Assembly (NCBI GenBank): GCA_043827405.1
Contig: JBDRPD010000073.1
Coordinates: forward strand, 1-21,956
Origin: Elusimicrobiota bacterium
GTDB lineage: Bacteria > Elusimicrobiota > Elusimicrobia > UBA1565
Direction of reading: 5' to 3'
DNA: 21,956 bases
This document shows, one piece after another, positions 8,511-16,427 of this stretch. Both the position numbers and the translations under genes were made by a program. The notes under the pieces were generated by a model. It ran no database searches and had not been told where the DNA came from. It saw nothing but the letters and a program-made list of their open reading frames with translations. Each line of letters begins with the position of its first letter. Position 1 is the stretch's first letter.

Positions 8511-8984
8511 ATGAAAGCGACATTCGGCGCCGGCTGCTTCTGGGGGGTCGAGGAGGCTTTTCGCCGCATCGAGGGAGTGACCGACGCCGCGGTCGGCTAC
8601 CTCGGCGGCAGCCTCGAGCGCCCGACCTACGAGGACGTCTGCACCGGCCGCACCGGCCATGCCGAGGCGGTGCAGCTGGAGTACGAGCCCGGGAAGGTCT
8701 CTTATGAACGTCTCCTGGAGGCGTTCTGGGAGATGCACGATCCTACCACGCCCGACCGGCAGGGTCCGGACATCGGGTCCCAGTACCGCTCCGCCGTCTT
8801 TTATCACAGCGCGCAGCAGCGGGCGGCGGCCGAGGCGGCAAAGAGGCGGCTTGCTGCGTCCGGCCGCTGGGCGGCGCCGATCGTAACGGAGATCGCTCCC
8901 GCGACCGCGTTCTACCGCGCCGAGGAGTACCACCAGCAGTACTTCAAGAAGCATGGCGGCGCATGCGGAATCAAGCGTCCGTGA
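8511..8984 (+). CDS. msrA: Peptide-methionine (S)-S-oxide reductase MsrA
   Basis: GCFWG active site, [29 protein letters not shown] and a C-terminal resolving Cys. Confidence 0.96.
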   Translation: MKATFGAGCFWGVEEAFRRIEGVTDAAVGYLGGSLERPTYEDVCTGRTGHAEAVQLEYEPGKVSYERLLEAFWEMHDPTTPDRQGPDIGSQYRSAVFYHSAQQRAAAEAAKRRLAASGRWAAPIVTEIAPATAFYRAEEYHQQYFKKHGGACGIKRP

Positions 8985-9003
8985 AGCGCCTCTCCCGTGG
9001 AAG

Positions 9004-10650
9004 CTAATTAATCCGTTCCGGCACCGAATCCAGGGCGCTGAAGAGGTCCATCCCTTTCTGGTAGCGGTGCGGCGGCTCGGGCTCCAGGGCCTTGTGGATG
9101 ACCGGGTCGACCTCCACCGGGATGTCGTCCGAGAAGCCGCTTGCGGGAGGATAGCGCCGCTCGCGCTTCTGCGCGGTATGGTTCGGCCCGGCGAAAGGCG
9201 GCCGGCCGGTCAGCATCGCGTAGCAGAGCGCTCCCAGCGAATACAGGTCGGACTGTTTGAATTCCGTGCCCAGTTCCTGCTCGGGCGCGAGGTAGGCCGG
9301 GTCGCCGATGGCGCGCGAGAGCGACAGCTGCGCCGCCCGGCGCCGCGCTTCCAGCCCCAGCCCCAGATCCAGCATCTTGACGGTGCCGTCCTCCTGGACG
9401 ATGACGTTGGACGGGCTGATGTCGCCGTGGATGAGCCGCTTCTCATGCGCCGCGTCGAGGAGGATGGCGATTTGGCTGACGATCAGCTTGACCGAGCGGA
9501 GCTCGGTGAAGTTGCCGGGCGCGATGAACTTGGTCAGGGGCACGCCGCCCACATGTTCGGCGGCGATATAGATGCGGCTGTCGACGCGGAAGACGGAGCG
9601 GACGACGGCCAGGTTGCGATGCTTGAACTCGGCGAGCGTCCGCAGGCGCGCGAAGAAGCGCTCGAGTTCGTTGCGCGTTCGGTGGAAATCCTCAACGACG
9701 CTTTTCAGCACGACTTTGCAGCCGTCCGTCCGGTCGGTCGCCGCATAAACCGGTCCCAGCGTGCCGCTGCGCAGCAGCGCTTCGACCTGGAAGCGCTCGT
9801 CCAGGAGCGTTCCCACGACGTCCGCCTCCCTAGGCGGCGCCTTCGCCGGCGGCGGTGCCGCGCCCGCCGGCGGCGGTGCCGCGCCCGCGGCGGCGGCGGG
9901 CACCGGCAGCTTCGTTTTTTTCCGCCGGGAGAGGAGGTACAGGACGGCCAGCAGCAGCCCGAGGGCGGCGGTGCCGGCCGCCACGTACCGCTTGTGTTTT
10001 TGCGCGCGCGCCCGCGACCGGATGACCGCGGCGCGGGCTTCATCGTCCAGCCGCAGTTCGTTTTGTATCCGCTTCCCGAAGTCCAGCGCGCCGTCCTTGT
10101 CGAAGTCGCCGAGGTCCAGCAGCGTCTCGTAGTTCTTGACCGGGGCTTCGCCCTCGCCCGTTACCAGCTTGCTGAACATGATGACGCCCTGCTGGAACTG
10201 GTAGTCCTTGCGGATGTGATGGAACTCTTCAGCGTTGGCCTTGATGCGCTCGCGGCCTTCCCTTAGCGTCCGGCGCAGAGGTTCGCGCTCGGCGGCCAGC
10301 GTCTCCAGGTCGGGAGTGGCGGCGTATTTGCCCTTGAGCGCTATCAGGCGCTCAAGAACCGGCGGCAGCTCCCGCATGTCCTTGGCGACTTCCCGCTTGA
10401 TCTCGGCGATGCGCTGCGCGTACATGTCCTGTTCGTTTTCGGGGGAGTACTCGCCGATCTTCCCCTGGAGTTCGCCGACGCGCTTTTTCACCTCGGGGGC
10501 GCGAGCGGCGATGTTTTTCCGGATTTCGCCGACGCGCTTCAGTACGACGGCCGCATCTTTTTCCGAGCGCTTCTGGTCCTGCGCTCCGGCGGGCGCCGCC
10601 AGCAGGAGCGCCGCGAGGGCGAGCAGGACTGCACGAGAGGGGGGCGTCAT
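9004..10650 (-). CDS. Membrane-anchored Hanks-type Ser/Thr protein kinase(-like) with an extracytoplasmic coiled-coil domain
   Basis: Signal peptide (…APAGA|Q), helical ectodomain, TM segment, Pro/Ala linker and kinase motifs VVLK, IHGDISPSNV, DLG, YLAPEQ, SDLYSLG, LTGRPPF. Start at 10650 is supported by TATACT 7 nt upstream. Confidence 0.88.
   Translation of the reverse strand: MTPPSRAVLLALAALLLAAPAGAQDQKRSEKDAAVVLKRVGEIRKNIAARAPEVKKRVGELQGKIGEYSPENEQDMYAQRIAEIKREVAKDMRELPPVLERLIALKGKYAATPDLETLAAEREPLRRTLREGRERIKANAEEFHHIRKDYQFQQGVIMFSKLVTGEGEAPVKNYETLLDLGDFDKDGALDFGKRIQNELRLDDEARAAVIRSRARAQKHKRYVAAGTAALGLLLAVLYLLSRRKKTKLPVPAAAAGAAPPPAGAAPPPAKAPPREADVVGTLLDERFQVEALLRSGTLGPVYAATDRTDGCKVVLKSVVEDFHRTRNELERFFARLRTLAEFKHRNLAVVRSVFRVDSRIYIAAEHVGGVPLTKFIAPGNFTELRSVKLIVSQIAILLDAAHEKRLIHGDISPSNVIVQEDGTVKMLDLGLGLEARRRAAQLSLSRAIGDPAYLAPEQELGTEFKQSDLYSLGALCYAMLTGRPPFAGPNHTAQKRERRYPPASGFSDDIPVEVDPVIHKALEPEPPHRYQKGMDLFSALDSVPERIN
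9844..9888. repeat. 21-bp tandem duplication encoding the kinase linker (GAAPPPA)x2
   Basis: cgccggcggcggtgccgcgcc occurs twice in tandem at 9844-9885. Confidence 0.8.
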
Positions 10651-10714
10651 CCCGTCAAGTATAGCGCGGCTTGAGCGTTTCATCCAGAGACGCGGAGCGG
10701 GTAAAATAAGGATA

Positions 10715-12301
10715 ATGAGAGGTATGGCTTTCGCCAGGTTGTTGAAATCTCCGGCGTTTCCGGCCGCTGCCGCCCTGCTGACGTTTCTCGGCGTCTGGGC
10801 CGCCTTCTTCCCGGGAGGGCTGAGCTACGAATTCTGCCACTATGGGGATATCGGCCGCCATATCGCGCGGGGACAAGGCTACCGGACCCAGATCCTGTAT
10901 CCCGCGGACGCCGCCCTGGTGCGCTCCCAGGGCGGCACCCTGCTGCCCAATGCGCCGGTCGCTTCCCGCTTCCCTCTTTACTCCCTGCTGACCGGAGCGG
11001 CGGTCATGATCGCGGGCGAGCGGGACGCCGCCGTTCTGGCGCTGCAGGCGCTTTTGGCCGCGGCTTGTGCCGCCGCCGCCTGCTGGGTGCTGCTGACCTT
11101 TTTCGGCGGGGAGTTCGCGGCGCCGGCCGCTTTGCTGTTTATCCTGAGCCCGTCGATCCTGCGCGGCTTCGCCTTTTGGGGATATCCGGATCTGCTGTTC
11201 TGTCTGCTGCTGCTGCTGTTCAACCGGGCCTGGCTGAAGCGGGAAAATCCGTATCTGCTCGGACTGCTGGCCGGGCTGTGCTGGCTGGCCCGGCCGAACT
11301 TCCTGCTCTGGGTTCCGGTCTATGCGTGGCTGGCCCTGCGCGCCCGGCCTTTCGATCGCGGCGCGCGCCGGCGCTGGCTGAAGATCGCCGCCGGCGGCGC
11401 GGCGGCGGCTGTTCCCTACTGCGTCTATCAGCTCGCGCACGGCGGCAGCGTCTTCAACCCGAACTTCATTTGGAATCTGGCTTACGACACCCTCCTGCCG
11501 CAGCCCGGCTGGCATTACTACCGCGTCTTCAGCTGGTCCGAGTTCGGCCTGGAGCATATTCCGCTCATCCTGGCGAAAGGGGGGCGCGGCATTCTGGACT
11601 TCCTGAAGTCCTTGCCCGGGCTCTGGCAGCTGGGAGTCCTGCTGCCGCTGTCCGGCTGCGGCTTCTACCTGGCTTTCCGCGACCGGAAAAACCCGGGTGC
11701 GGAGTGGCTGCGCCTCCAGCTGTACCTGCTGGTCGCGCAGGCGGCTGTTTTCTCATTCCTGCGCTACGAGAGCCTCGGCCAGCATGTTTCCGGACGCTAT
11801 TACCTATGGTTTGCGCCGGCCTATACGGCGTCCGCCTGCTGGGCGGTCGTCGAGCTGGTCAAGGACGTCAAGCTTCGGCGGCGGCTGCTGCTCACCGGCG
11901 CCGCAGCCCTGCTGGTCTGGTTCGCGCGCTTCTACACCCTGCCGGAGGCCGGCTTTGGACATCCGCAGGGACATCCGTCGAACTGGTCCGAGATCCAGGC
12001 GCTCAGGAAGCTGCCGCTGCGCGGGGGGTATCTCGCGACCAATATTCCCGCGCTTGCCGGCTGGTATGCCGACGTGCCCTCCGTTCTGGTTCCCGCCACT
12101 TTGCCGGGCTTTCGGCGGCTGGAGGCGGACCTGAAGGTCAAGTGGCTTTACCTGTCCGCGGCGCGCGTCGGCCAGCTGGTTTCGTTCCCGCTGTGGCGGG
12201 ACATCATGCGCAGCCCGGCAAGCCTGCGGGAGTTCTGCGGCCGGGCGGGCTACCGCGTGGCCGAGGTATTTCCCATGGGCGTGCTGCTGGAGAAAATATG
12301 A
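10715..12301 (+). CDS. GT-C fold integral membrane glycosyltransferase (ArnT/PMT_2-like)
   Basis: Many TM segments; loop-1 motif YEFCHYGDIGRHIARGQGY, plus RFPLYS, YPDLLF, LARPN, GRYYLWFAP and a C-terminal soluble domain. Start is 10715 or 10724; the ORF-track extension to 10235 is antisense to the kinase. Confidence 0.75.
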   Translation: MRGMAFARLLKSPAFPAAAALLTFLGVWAAFFPGGLSYEFCHYGDIGRHIARGQGYRTQILYPADAALVRSQGGTLLPNAPVASRFPLYSLLTGAAVMIAGERDAAVLALQALLAAACAAAACWVLLTFFGGEFAAPAALLFILSPSILRGFAFWGYPDLLFCLLLLLFNRAWLKRENPYLLGLLAGLCWLARPNFLLWVPVYAWLALRARPFDRGARRRWLKIAAGGAAAAVPYCVYQLAHGGSVFNPNFIWNLAYDTLLPQPGWHYYRVFSWSEFGLEHIPLILAKGGRGILDFLKSLPGLWQLGVLLPLSGCGFYLAFRDRKNPGAEWLRLQLYLLVAQAAVFSFLRYESLGQHVSGRYYLWFAPAYTASACWAVVELVKDVKLRRRLLLTGAAALLVWFARFYTLPEAGFGHPQGHPSNWSEIQALRKLPLRGGYLATNIPALAGWYADVPSVLVPATLPGFRRLEADLKVKWLYLSAARVGQLVSFPLWRDIMRSPASLREFCGRAGYRVAEVFPMGVLLEKI

Positions 12302-12963
12302 ACGATCTGATCACCTGCATGGTTCTGCCGCTGCTGGCCGCCGCTCCGGCGCGGGCCGGCGACTCCGACGCCGAGATCGCCCGCAAGTTCTGGACGGCGG
12401 GCGTGGAGTATGTGCTGGCCGGCGACAAGCATCAAGCGCATGTCGTATGGACGAAGTGCGCCGAATACGACGCCAAGAACAAGAGCTGCCTGGCCGGCCT
12501 GCAGCTGCTGGGCGCGCGCTTTAAGCTGGAAAAGAAGGACCGGCCGACCGAGATCGACGCCGAGCTTCCCGACGTTCGGCATGTCATCTCCTCGGGCGAG
12601 GTGCAGGCGCGCGGGAAGTGGAGCGAAGGGATGATCCACTTCCAGAAGTACGACTACGACGCGGCGCAGACCGCGTGGCGGGAATGCGCCGAGCTTGATC
12701 CCAAAAACGAGGACTGCCGGCTCGGCGTCAAGCGCATCGACGGCATCCGGCGCGATGTCAAGGAAAAGGACAAGTGGCGGCGCAAGAAGAAGCCCTCCGT
12801 GGCCAAAGGGAAAAAGCAGGAGGCGGAAAAGCATTGGAACCAGGGCATCCTCTACTTCCAGGGCGGCGAGTTCGAGAAGGCGCGCCAGGAATGGCTGCGG
12901 TGTTTGGCGCGCGATCCGTCCAGCGACGACTGCCGGCAGGGCATTGAGCGCATTAAGAAATAA
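12298..12963 (+). CDS. Secreted TPR-like protein with three CxxxDxxxxxC-containing repeats
   Basis: ATGA overlap with the GT stop; signal peptide ...LLAAAPARA; three W-x2-G-x...-A-x3-W-x2-C-x3-D-x5-C-x2-G units. Confidence 0.8.
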   Translation: MNDLITCMVLPLLAAAPARAGDSDAEIARKFWTAGVEYVLAGDKHQAHVVWTKCAEYDAKNKSCLAGLQLLGARFKLEKKDRPTEIDAELPDVRHVISSGEVQARGKWSEGMIHFQKYDYDAAQTAWRECAELDPKNEDCRLGVKRIDGIRRDVKEKDKWRRKKKPSVAKGKKQEAEKHWNQGILYFQGGEFEKARQEWLRCLARDPSSDDCRQGIERIKK

Positions 12964-12998
12964 CGTGCGGAGTGTGTTCTTTTATATATACTCCATGC

Positions 12999-13964
12999 GT
13001 GCTGAAAAAATGGATTCAAGGACTGTCGCTGCTGGCGCTGAGTTCGGCCGCGTCGGCGGCGGGCCTGACGCTCCCGCCCTTGGCCGCGGGGCTCGGTGCG
13101 GTTTCTAAAACGGTCCCCGCCGCCGCCGGCGTCCCCGCCCGCGCCCCCTTCGCCGTGATCGTCGATTCGCGCAGCGCCGCGGTCTTTGACGAGAACCGGC
13201 TCTACGATATTTTGGCGCAGTTCGACGTGGTCTATGCCGGTGAGAAACACGACGAGGCGCTGCATCATGAGATTCAGGCCGCGGTCCTCAAGGGTCTGCA
13301 CGCGCGGCGACCGGACCTGATCGTCGGGCTCGAGATGCTCGACATCACCCAGCAGGAGACCCTGGACCGTTATCTGGACGGCTCGCTGGCCGAGGGGGAA
13401 TTCGCGGCGTTCTGGAAGCAGGCCTGGGGTTTCGACTTCGCGCTTTACCGCCCGATCCTGCATTATGCGAAAAGCCGCGGCGTTGCGGTGCGCGCCCTTA
13501 ATGCCCCGCGGGCCGTCATCTCCCAGGTCGCGCGGGGCGGTCTCGACTCGCTGGGCCCGGAGCAGCGGGCGCAGATCCCTCCGGTTATCCGCCCGATTCG
13601 GGACCCGCGCTACCTCGAATATGTCCGGAAGGCCTTTGAAGGCCATGGGCCTTTGCCGCCGGAACGGCTGCGGCGGATGCTGCAGGCGCAGGCGGTGTGG
13701 AATGAAACCATGGCCGCCAATGCGCTGCGGGCCGCCGCGGGAGGCGCCCCGGTGCTCGTTATCGCCGGCAGCGGCCATATGGTCTTTGGCGCGGGAATCG
13801 CTGAAAGTTTGCGTACCCGCTCCACCGTGAGCCAGCGGGTCGTGCTCCCCTATCCCCAGGACGGCGAGCAGCGTGCCCTTAGGGAGCTGCTCCGCGAGCT
13901 CCGGCGGCCGGACTCGGCCGAACGCGGCCAGGCCGATTTCTTCTGGCTGCTGCCCGCGCCATAG
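12999..13964 (+). CDS. ChaN-family (EreA/ChaN/TIKI-like) exported protein
   Basis: VYAGEKHD..HH..Q, IVGLEM, YRPIL, ALNAPR, AQAVWNETMA, IAGSGHM..GAGI. Signal peptide from GTG 12999. Confidence 0.85.
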   Translation: MLKKWIQGLSLLALSSAASAAGLTLPPLAAGLGAVSKTVPAAAGVPARAPFAVIVDSRSAAVFDENRLYDILAQFDVVYAGEKHDEALHHEIQAAVLKGLHARRPDLIVGLEMLDITQQETLDRYLDGSLAEGEFAAFWKQAWGFDFALYRPILHYAKSRGVAVRALNAPRAVISQVARGGLDSLGPEQRAQIPPVIRPIRDPRYLEYVRKAFEGHGPLPPERLRRMLQAQAVWNETMAANALRAAAGGAPVLVIAGSGHMVFGAGIAESLRTRSTVSQRVVLPYPQDGEQRALRELLRELRRPDSAERGQADFFWLLPAP

Positions 13965-14087
13965 GGCCCAGAATGCCCGTTTGCCGGGCTCATTGACCCC
14001 AATCAACGCCCTATGCCGACGGAGGTCAATCCGCCGGCCGCACCCCCCGCGGTACAATATGGGCATCTTACGGATAAGGACTTTTTG

Positions 14088-14192
14088 ATGAATAACGAAG
14101 ACGTGATAGTTTCCGGCGAATCCCAGCTGCCCAACCTGAATTGGGACGCGGATCTCTTTCCCCTGCCGACGGTCGAAACGCAATCCATTTAA
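14088..14192 (+). CDS. Putative 34-aa small peptide MNNEDVIVSGESQLPNLNWDADLFPLPTVETQSI
   Basis: Below the ORF-track cutoff. AAGGA SD at 14076-14080, 7 nt before the ATG; TACAAT at 14053-14058; fills the ChaN-gshA gap. Confidence 0.45.
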   Translation: MNNEDVIVSGESQLPNLNWDADLFPLPTVETQSI

Positions 14193-14219
14193 GCCCCCTC
14201 ACGGTACGAGAGCTTTACC

Positions 14220-14246
14220 AGGAAGGCGCCGCATGGCGGACTTCCT
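14220..14246 (+). promoter_or_regulatory. Stem-loop AGGAAG-G-CGCC-gcat-GGCG-GA-CTTCCT (possible terminator/attenuator) directly before an extended -10 (TGCTAATAT, 14251-14259)
   Basis: Complementary arms AGGAAG/CTTCCT and CGCC/GGCG; only a weak U-tract (CCTTT) follows. Confidence 0.4.
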
Positions 14247-14265
14247 CCTTTGCTAATATCTGCGG

Positions 14266-15474
14266 GTGTCGTCTGTCTACCAGCTGCTGAAATCGCATCC
14301 CAACCCCGGCCGCCGCAAGATCGGCATCGAGGTCGAGCGTCTGCTTATCGACCGCCGCCCCCTGCGCTACGAGCCCGACGTCCGGGTCCTGCTGGAGACC
14401 TTGGTCGCGCGCCATCACTGGCGCCCGACCTATGAGTCCGCGGGGAAAATACTGGCGGTTGAGAAGGACGGGCATGCGGTGACGATCGAGCCGGGCGGGC
14501 AGTTCGAGGTTTCCTCGGGCCCCCGGGAGACCATCGCGGTTCTGAAGATCATCAAAGAAGAGATCGATGAGGATATCGCGGCGGCCATGTCCGGCCGCAG
14601 CGCCGGCTTCCTCTGCGTCGGGCTCAACCCCTGGGACCGGGCCGAGGATATCCCGCTGCTGCCCAGTCCGCGCTACCGGCTGATGGACGCGCACTTCCAG
14701 CGCCTCGGCGGCCGCGGCCGGGAGATGATGCGCCTGTCGCTGGGCCTGCAGGTCAATCTCGACATCGACGGCGAGAAGCTGGCCGTCGAGATGCTGCGCT
14801 CCGCCTTCTACGCCGCGCCGGTGCTGAGCTCCTGGTTCGCCAACTCGCCCTGCCTGCGGGGCGCCAGGACGCCGCATCTCTCGGAGCGGCATTTTGTCTG
14901 GCGCGAAACCGATGCCGCGCGCTCGGGCTTTCCGCCCTGCGTCTTTGCAGAGGGCTTCAACCTCAAGAGCTACGGCGCGTATGTCGGCCGCACGCCGCTG
15001 ATGTACGCTTTTGACGCCGCCGGCGAGGTCTGGGATCCCCAGGGCCGCTGCCTCGACGACCTCGATCCGGAAATGCGCGAGATCAATACCCTGCCGGCGG
15101 TGAAGCAGATTTTTACCGAGGCGCGGCTCAAGCCCTGCTGCGTCGAGGCGCGCTTTTTCGACCAGCTTGACGACGATTTGCGCTACGCCGCCGTCGCGTT
15201 GACCGTGGGCCTGCTCTACGATGAAGAGAACCGGAGGTGGCTCAATAAAAAGTATGCCGGAGCGAAAGCGCCGGCGCTGGCGGCGCTGATGAAAAAAGGC
15301 GCCGAGTCCGGCCTCAAGAACGCGGAGATTTACGCCGCCGGCAAAGAGTTTTTCGCCGCGGCGGAGAAGGGGCTGCTGCGGCGCGGCCTGCGCGAAGAGG
15401 CGTTCCTGGCGCCGGCCGAAGAGCTGCTGCGCGTCCGCCGGACGCCGGCCGAGGATTTTCGCGTCGAGCTATGA
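14266..15474 (+). CDS. gshA: Glutamate--cysteine ligase (GCS2 family, plant/alphaproteobacterial type)
   Basis: IGIEVE, TIEPGGQFEVS, PRYRLM, GREMMR...QVNLD, FANSP, R..VW..TD..RSG, FTEARLK..VEARFFD; adjacent to gshB. Confidence 0.88.
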   Translation: MSSVYQLLKSHPNPGRRKIGIEVERLLIDRRPLRYEPDVRVLLETLVARHHWRPTYESAGKILAVEKDGHAVTIEPGGQFEVSSGPRETIAVLKIIKEEIDEDIAAAMSGRSAGFLCVGLNPWDRAEDIPLLPSPRYRLMDAHFQRLGGRGREMMRLSLGLQVNLDIDGEKLAVEMLRSAFYAAPVLSSWFANSPCLRGARTPHLSERHFVWRETDAARSGFPPCVFAEGFNLKSYGAYVGRTPLMYAFDAAGEVWDPQGRCLDDLDPEMREINTLPAVKQIFTEARLKPCCVEARFFDQLDDDLRYAAVALTVGLLYDEENRRWLNKKYAGAKAPALAALMKKGAESGLKNAEIYAAGKEFFAAAEKGLLRRGLREEAFLAPAEELLRVRRTPAEDFRVEL

Positions 15475-16427
15475 AGGTCCTGTTCATCGCCGACCGGCCC
15501 GCGGACCTCAATCCCCGAGCCGATACGACGCTCTACATGCTGCGCGAGGTCCTGCGCCGGGACATGGCGGCGTATTACGCCGTTCCCGAACGCGTCTACT
15601 GGTCGGGGACCGAGCTCCTGGCCGACGCCGAGGCCGTCGAGTCCTGCGCCAAGCATGCGCTGCCCGTTCTGGGCCGGAGGGAGCGGCTGTCCTTCGCCGG
15701 CGGGATCGACGCGGTCTTTATCCGCAAGGACCCGCCCTTCGACCTCGACTATATATCGCTGTGCTGGCTGCTGACGGCCTATGAGGAAAAGGTGCGGATG
15801 ATCAACCGCCCCAGCCTGCTGCTGCGCTATCATGAGAAGATGCCTCCCTACGCGGCGGCGGCGGCGGGGAAGCTGCGCGCGGACGACGTCGTGCCGGCCT
15901 GTCTGGCTTCGCGGCTGGAGCAGATCACGGCGTTCGTGGAGGCGTTGGACGCGCCGCGCATCATTCTCAAGCCCTGGCTCGGCTACGGCGGCCGCGGCAT
16001 TCGCCGCGTCGCGCGCGATGAGTTTCTTAAAGCGCCGGGCTCCTTCGGCTTGGGCAAGGAACGCTGGATGGTTCAGCCCTACCTTGAAGCGGTGGAGCGG
16101 ACCGGCGACCGCCGCGGCTTCTTCTTTAACGGCCGCTACTGCGGCAGCATCGTGCGCATGCCCAAGCCGGGCGGCTTCGTCTCCAATCTGGCGCAAGGCG
16201 GCACGGCGGTCAAGCAGGAGCTCTCCGCCAAGGAGCGGGCCTTGGTCGCGCGCATCGAGAGCTGGCTTAAGGGATCGGGCATCGTTTTCGCGGGCTCGGA
16301 CTTCATCGACGGGCGGCTCAGCGAGCTCAATATCACCTCGCCCACGGGCTTCGCCTCGTATGAAGAGCTTTACGGCGGCGATCCGTCCGCGGCGCTCATC
16401 GACGCGGCCTTCGCGGAGCGGCGGTGA
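15471..16427 (+). CDS. gshB: Glutathione synthetase (prokaryotic ATP-grasp)
   Basis: FIAD...DTT, RKDPPFD.DY, INRP..L...HEK, KP..GYGGRGI, MVQPYL...GDRR, SNLAQGG, ELNITSPTG; ATGA overlap with gshA. Confidence 0.92.
   Translation: MKVLFIADRPADLNPRADTTLYMLREVLRRDMAAYYAVPERVYWSGTELLADAEAVESCAKHALPVLGRRERLSFAGGIDAVFIRKDPPFDLDYISLCWLLTAYEEKVRMINRPSLLLRYHEKMPPYAAAAAGKLRADDVVPACLASRLEQITAFVEALDAPRIILKPWLGYGGRGIRRVARDEFLKAPGSFGLGKERWMVQPYLEAVERTGDRRGFFFNGRYCGSIVRMPKPGGFVSNLAQGGTAVKQELSAKERALVARIESWLKGSGIVFAGSDFIDGRLSELNITSPTGFASYEELYGGDPSAALIDAAFAERR

Noticed and set aside
6716..8569. 617-aa minus-strand ORF and other long Arg/Pro/Gly-rich alternative or antisense ORFs (e.g. 421-1392, 7279-8496, 8953-10266, 12852-14183, 18196-19374)
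   Set aside because: Shadow frames of well-supported genes, expected in high-GC DNA; no family motifs.
10235..10714. N-terminal extension of the GT ORF to 688 aa
   Set aside because: Antisense to the kinase 5' end and low-complexity Ser/Arg-rich; better starts exist at 10715/10724.
11065..12297. N-terminal part of the 632-aa ORF that ends in the TPR protein
   Set aside because: Out-of-frame overlap with the GT gene; the real start is ATG 12298, with a signal peptide and ATGA coupling.
14003..14188. 61-aa minus-strand ORF containing CPYC
   Set aside because: No evident SD or promoter and a single CxxC; the opposite-strand 34-aa ORF has better initiation signals. Not fully excluded.
15471..16427. 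Calling the ATP-grasp enzyme a RimK or graspetide synthetase
   Set aside because: GshB-specific N-terminal domain and motifs (DTT, RKDPPFD, ELNITSPTG) plus the adjacent gshA favour glutathione synthetase.
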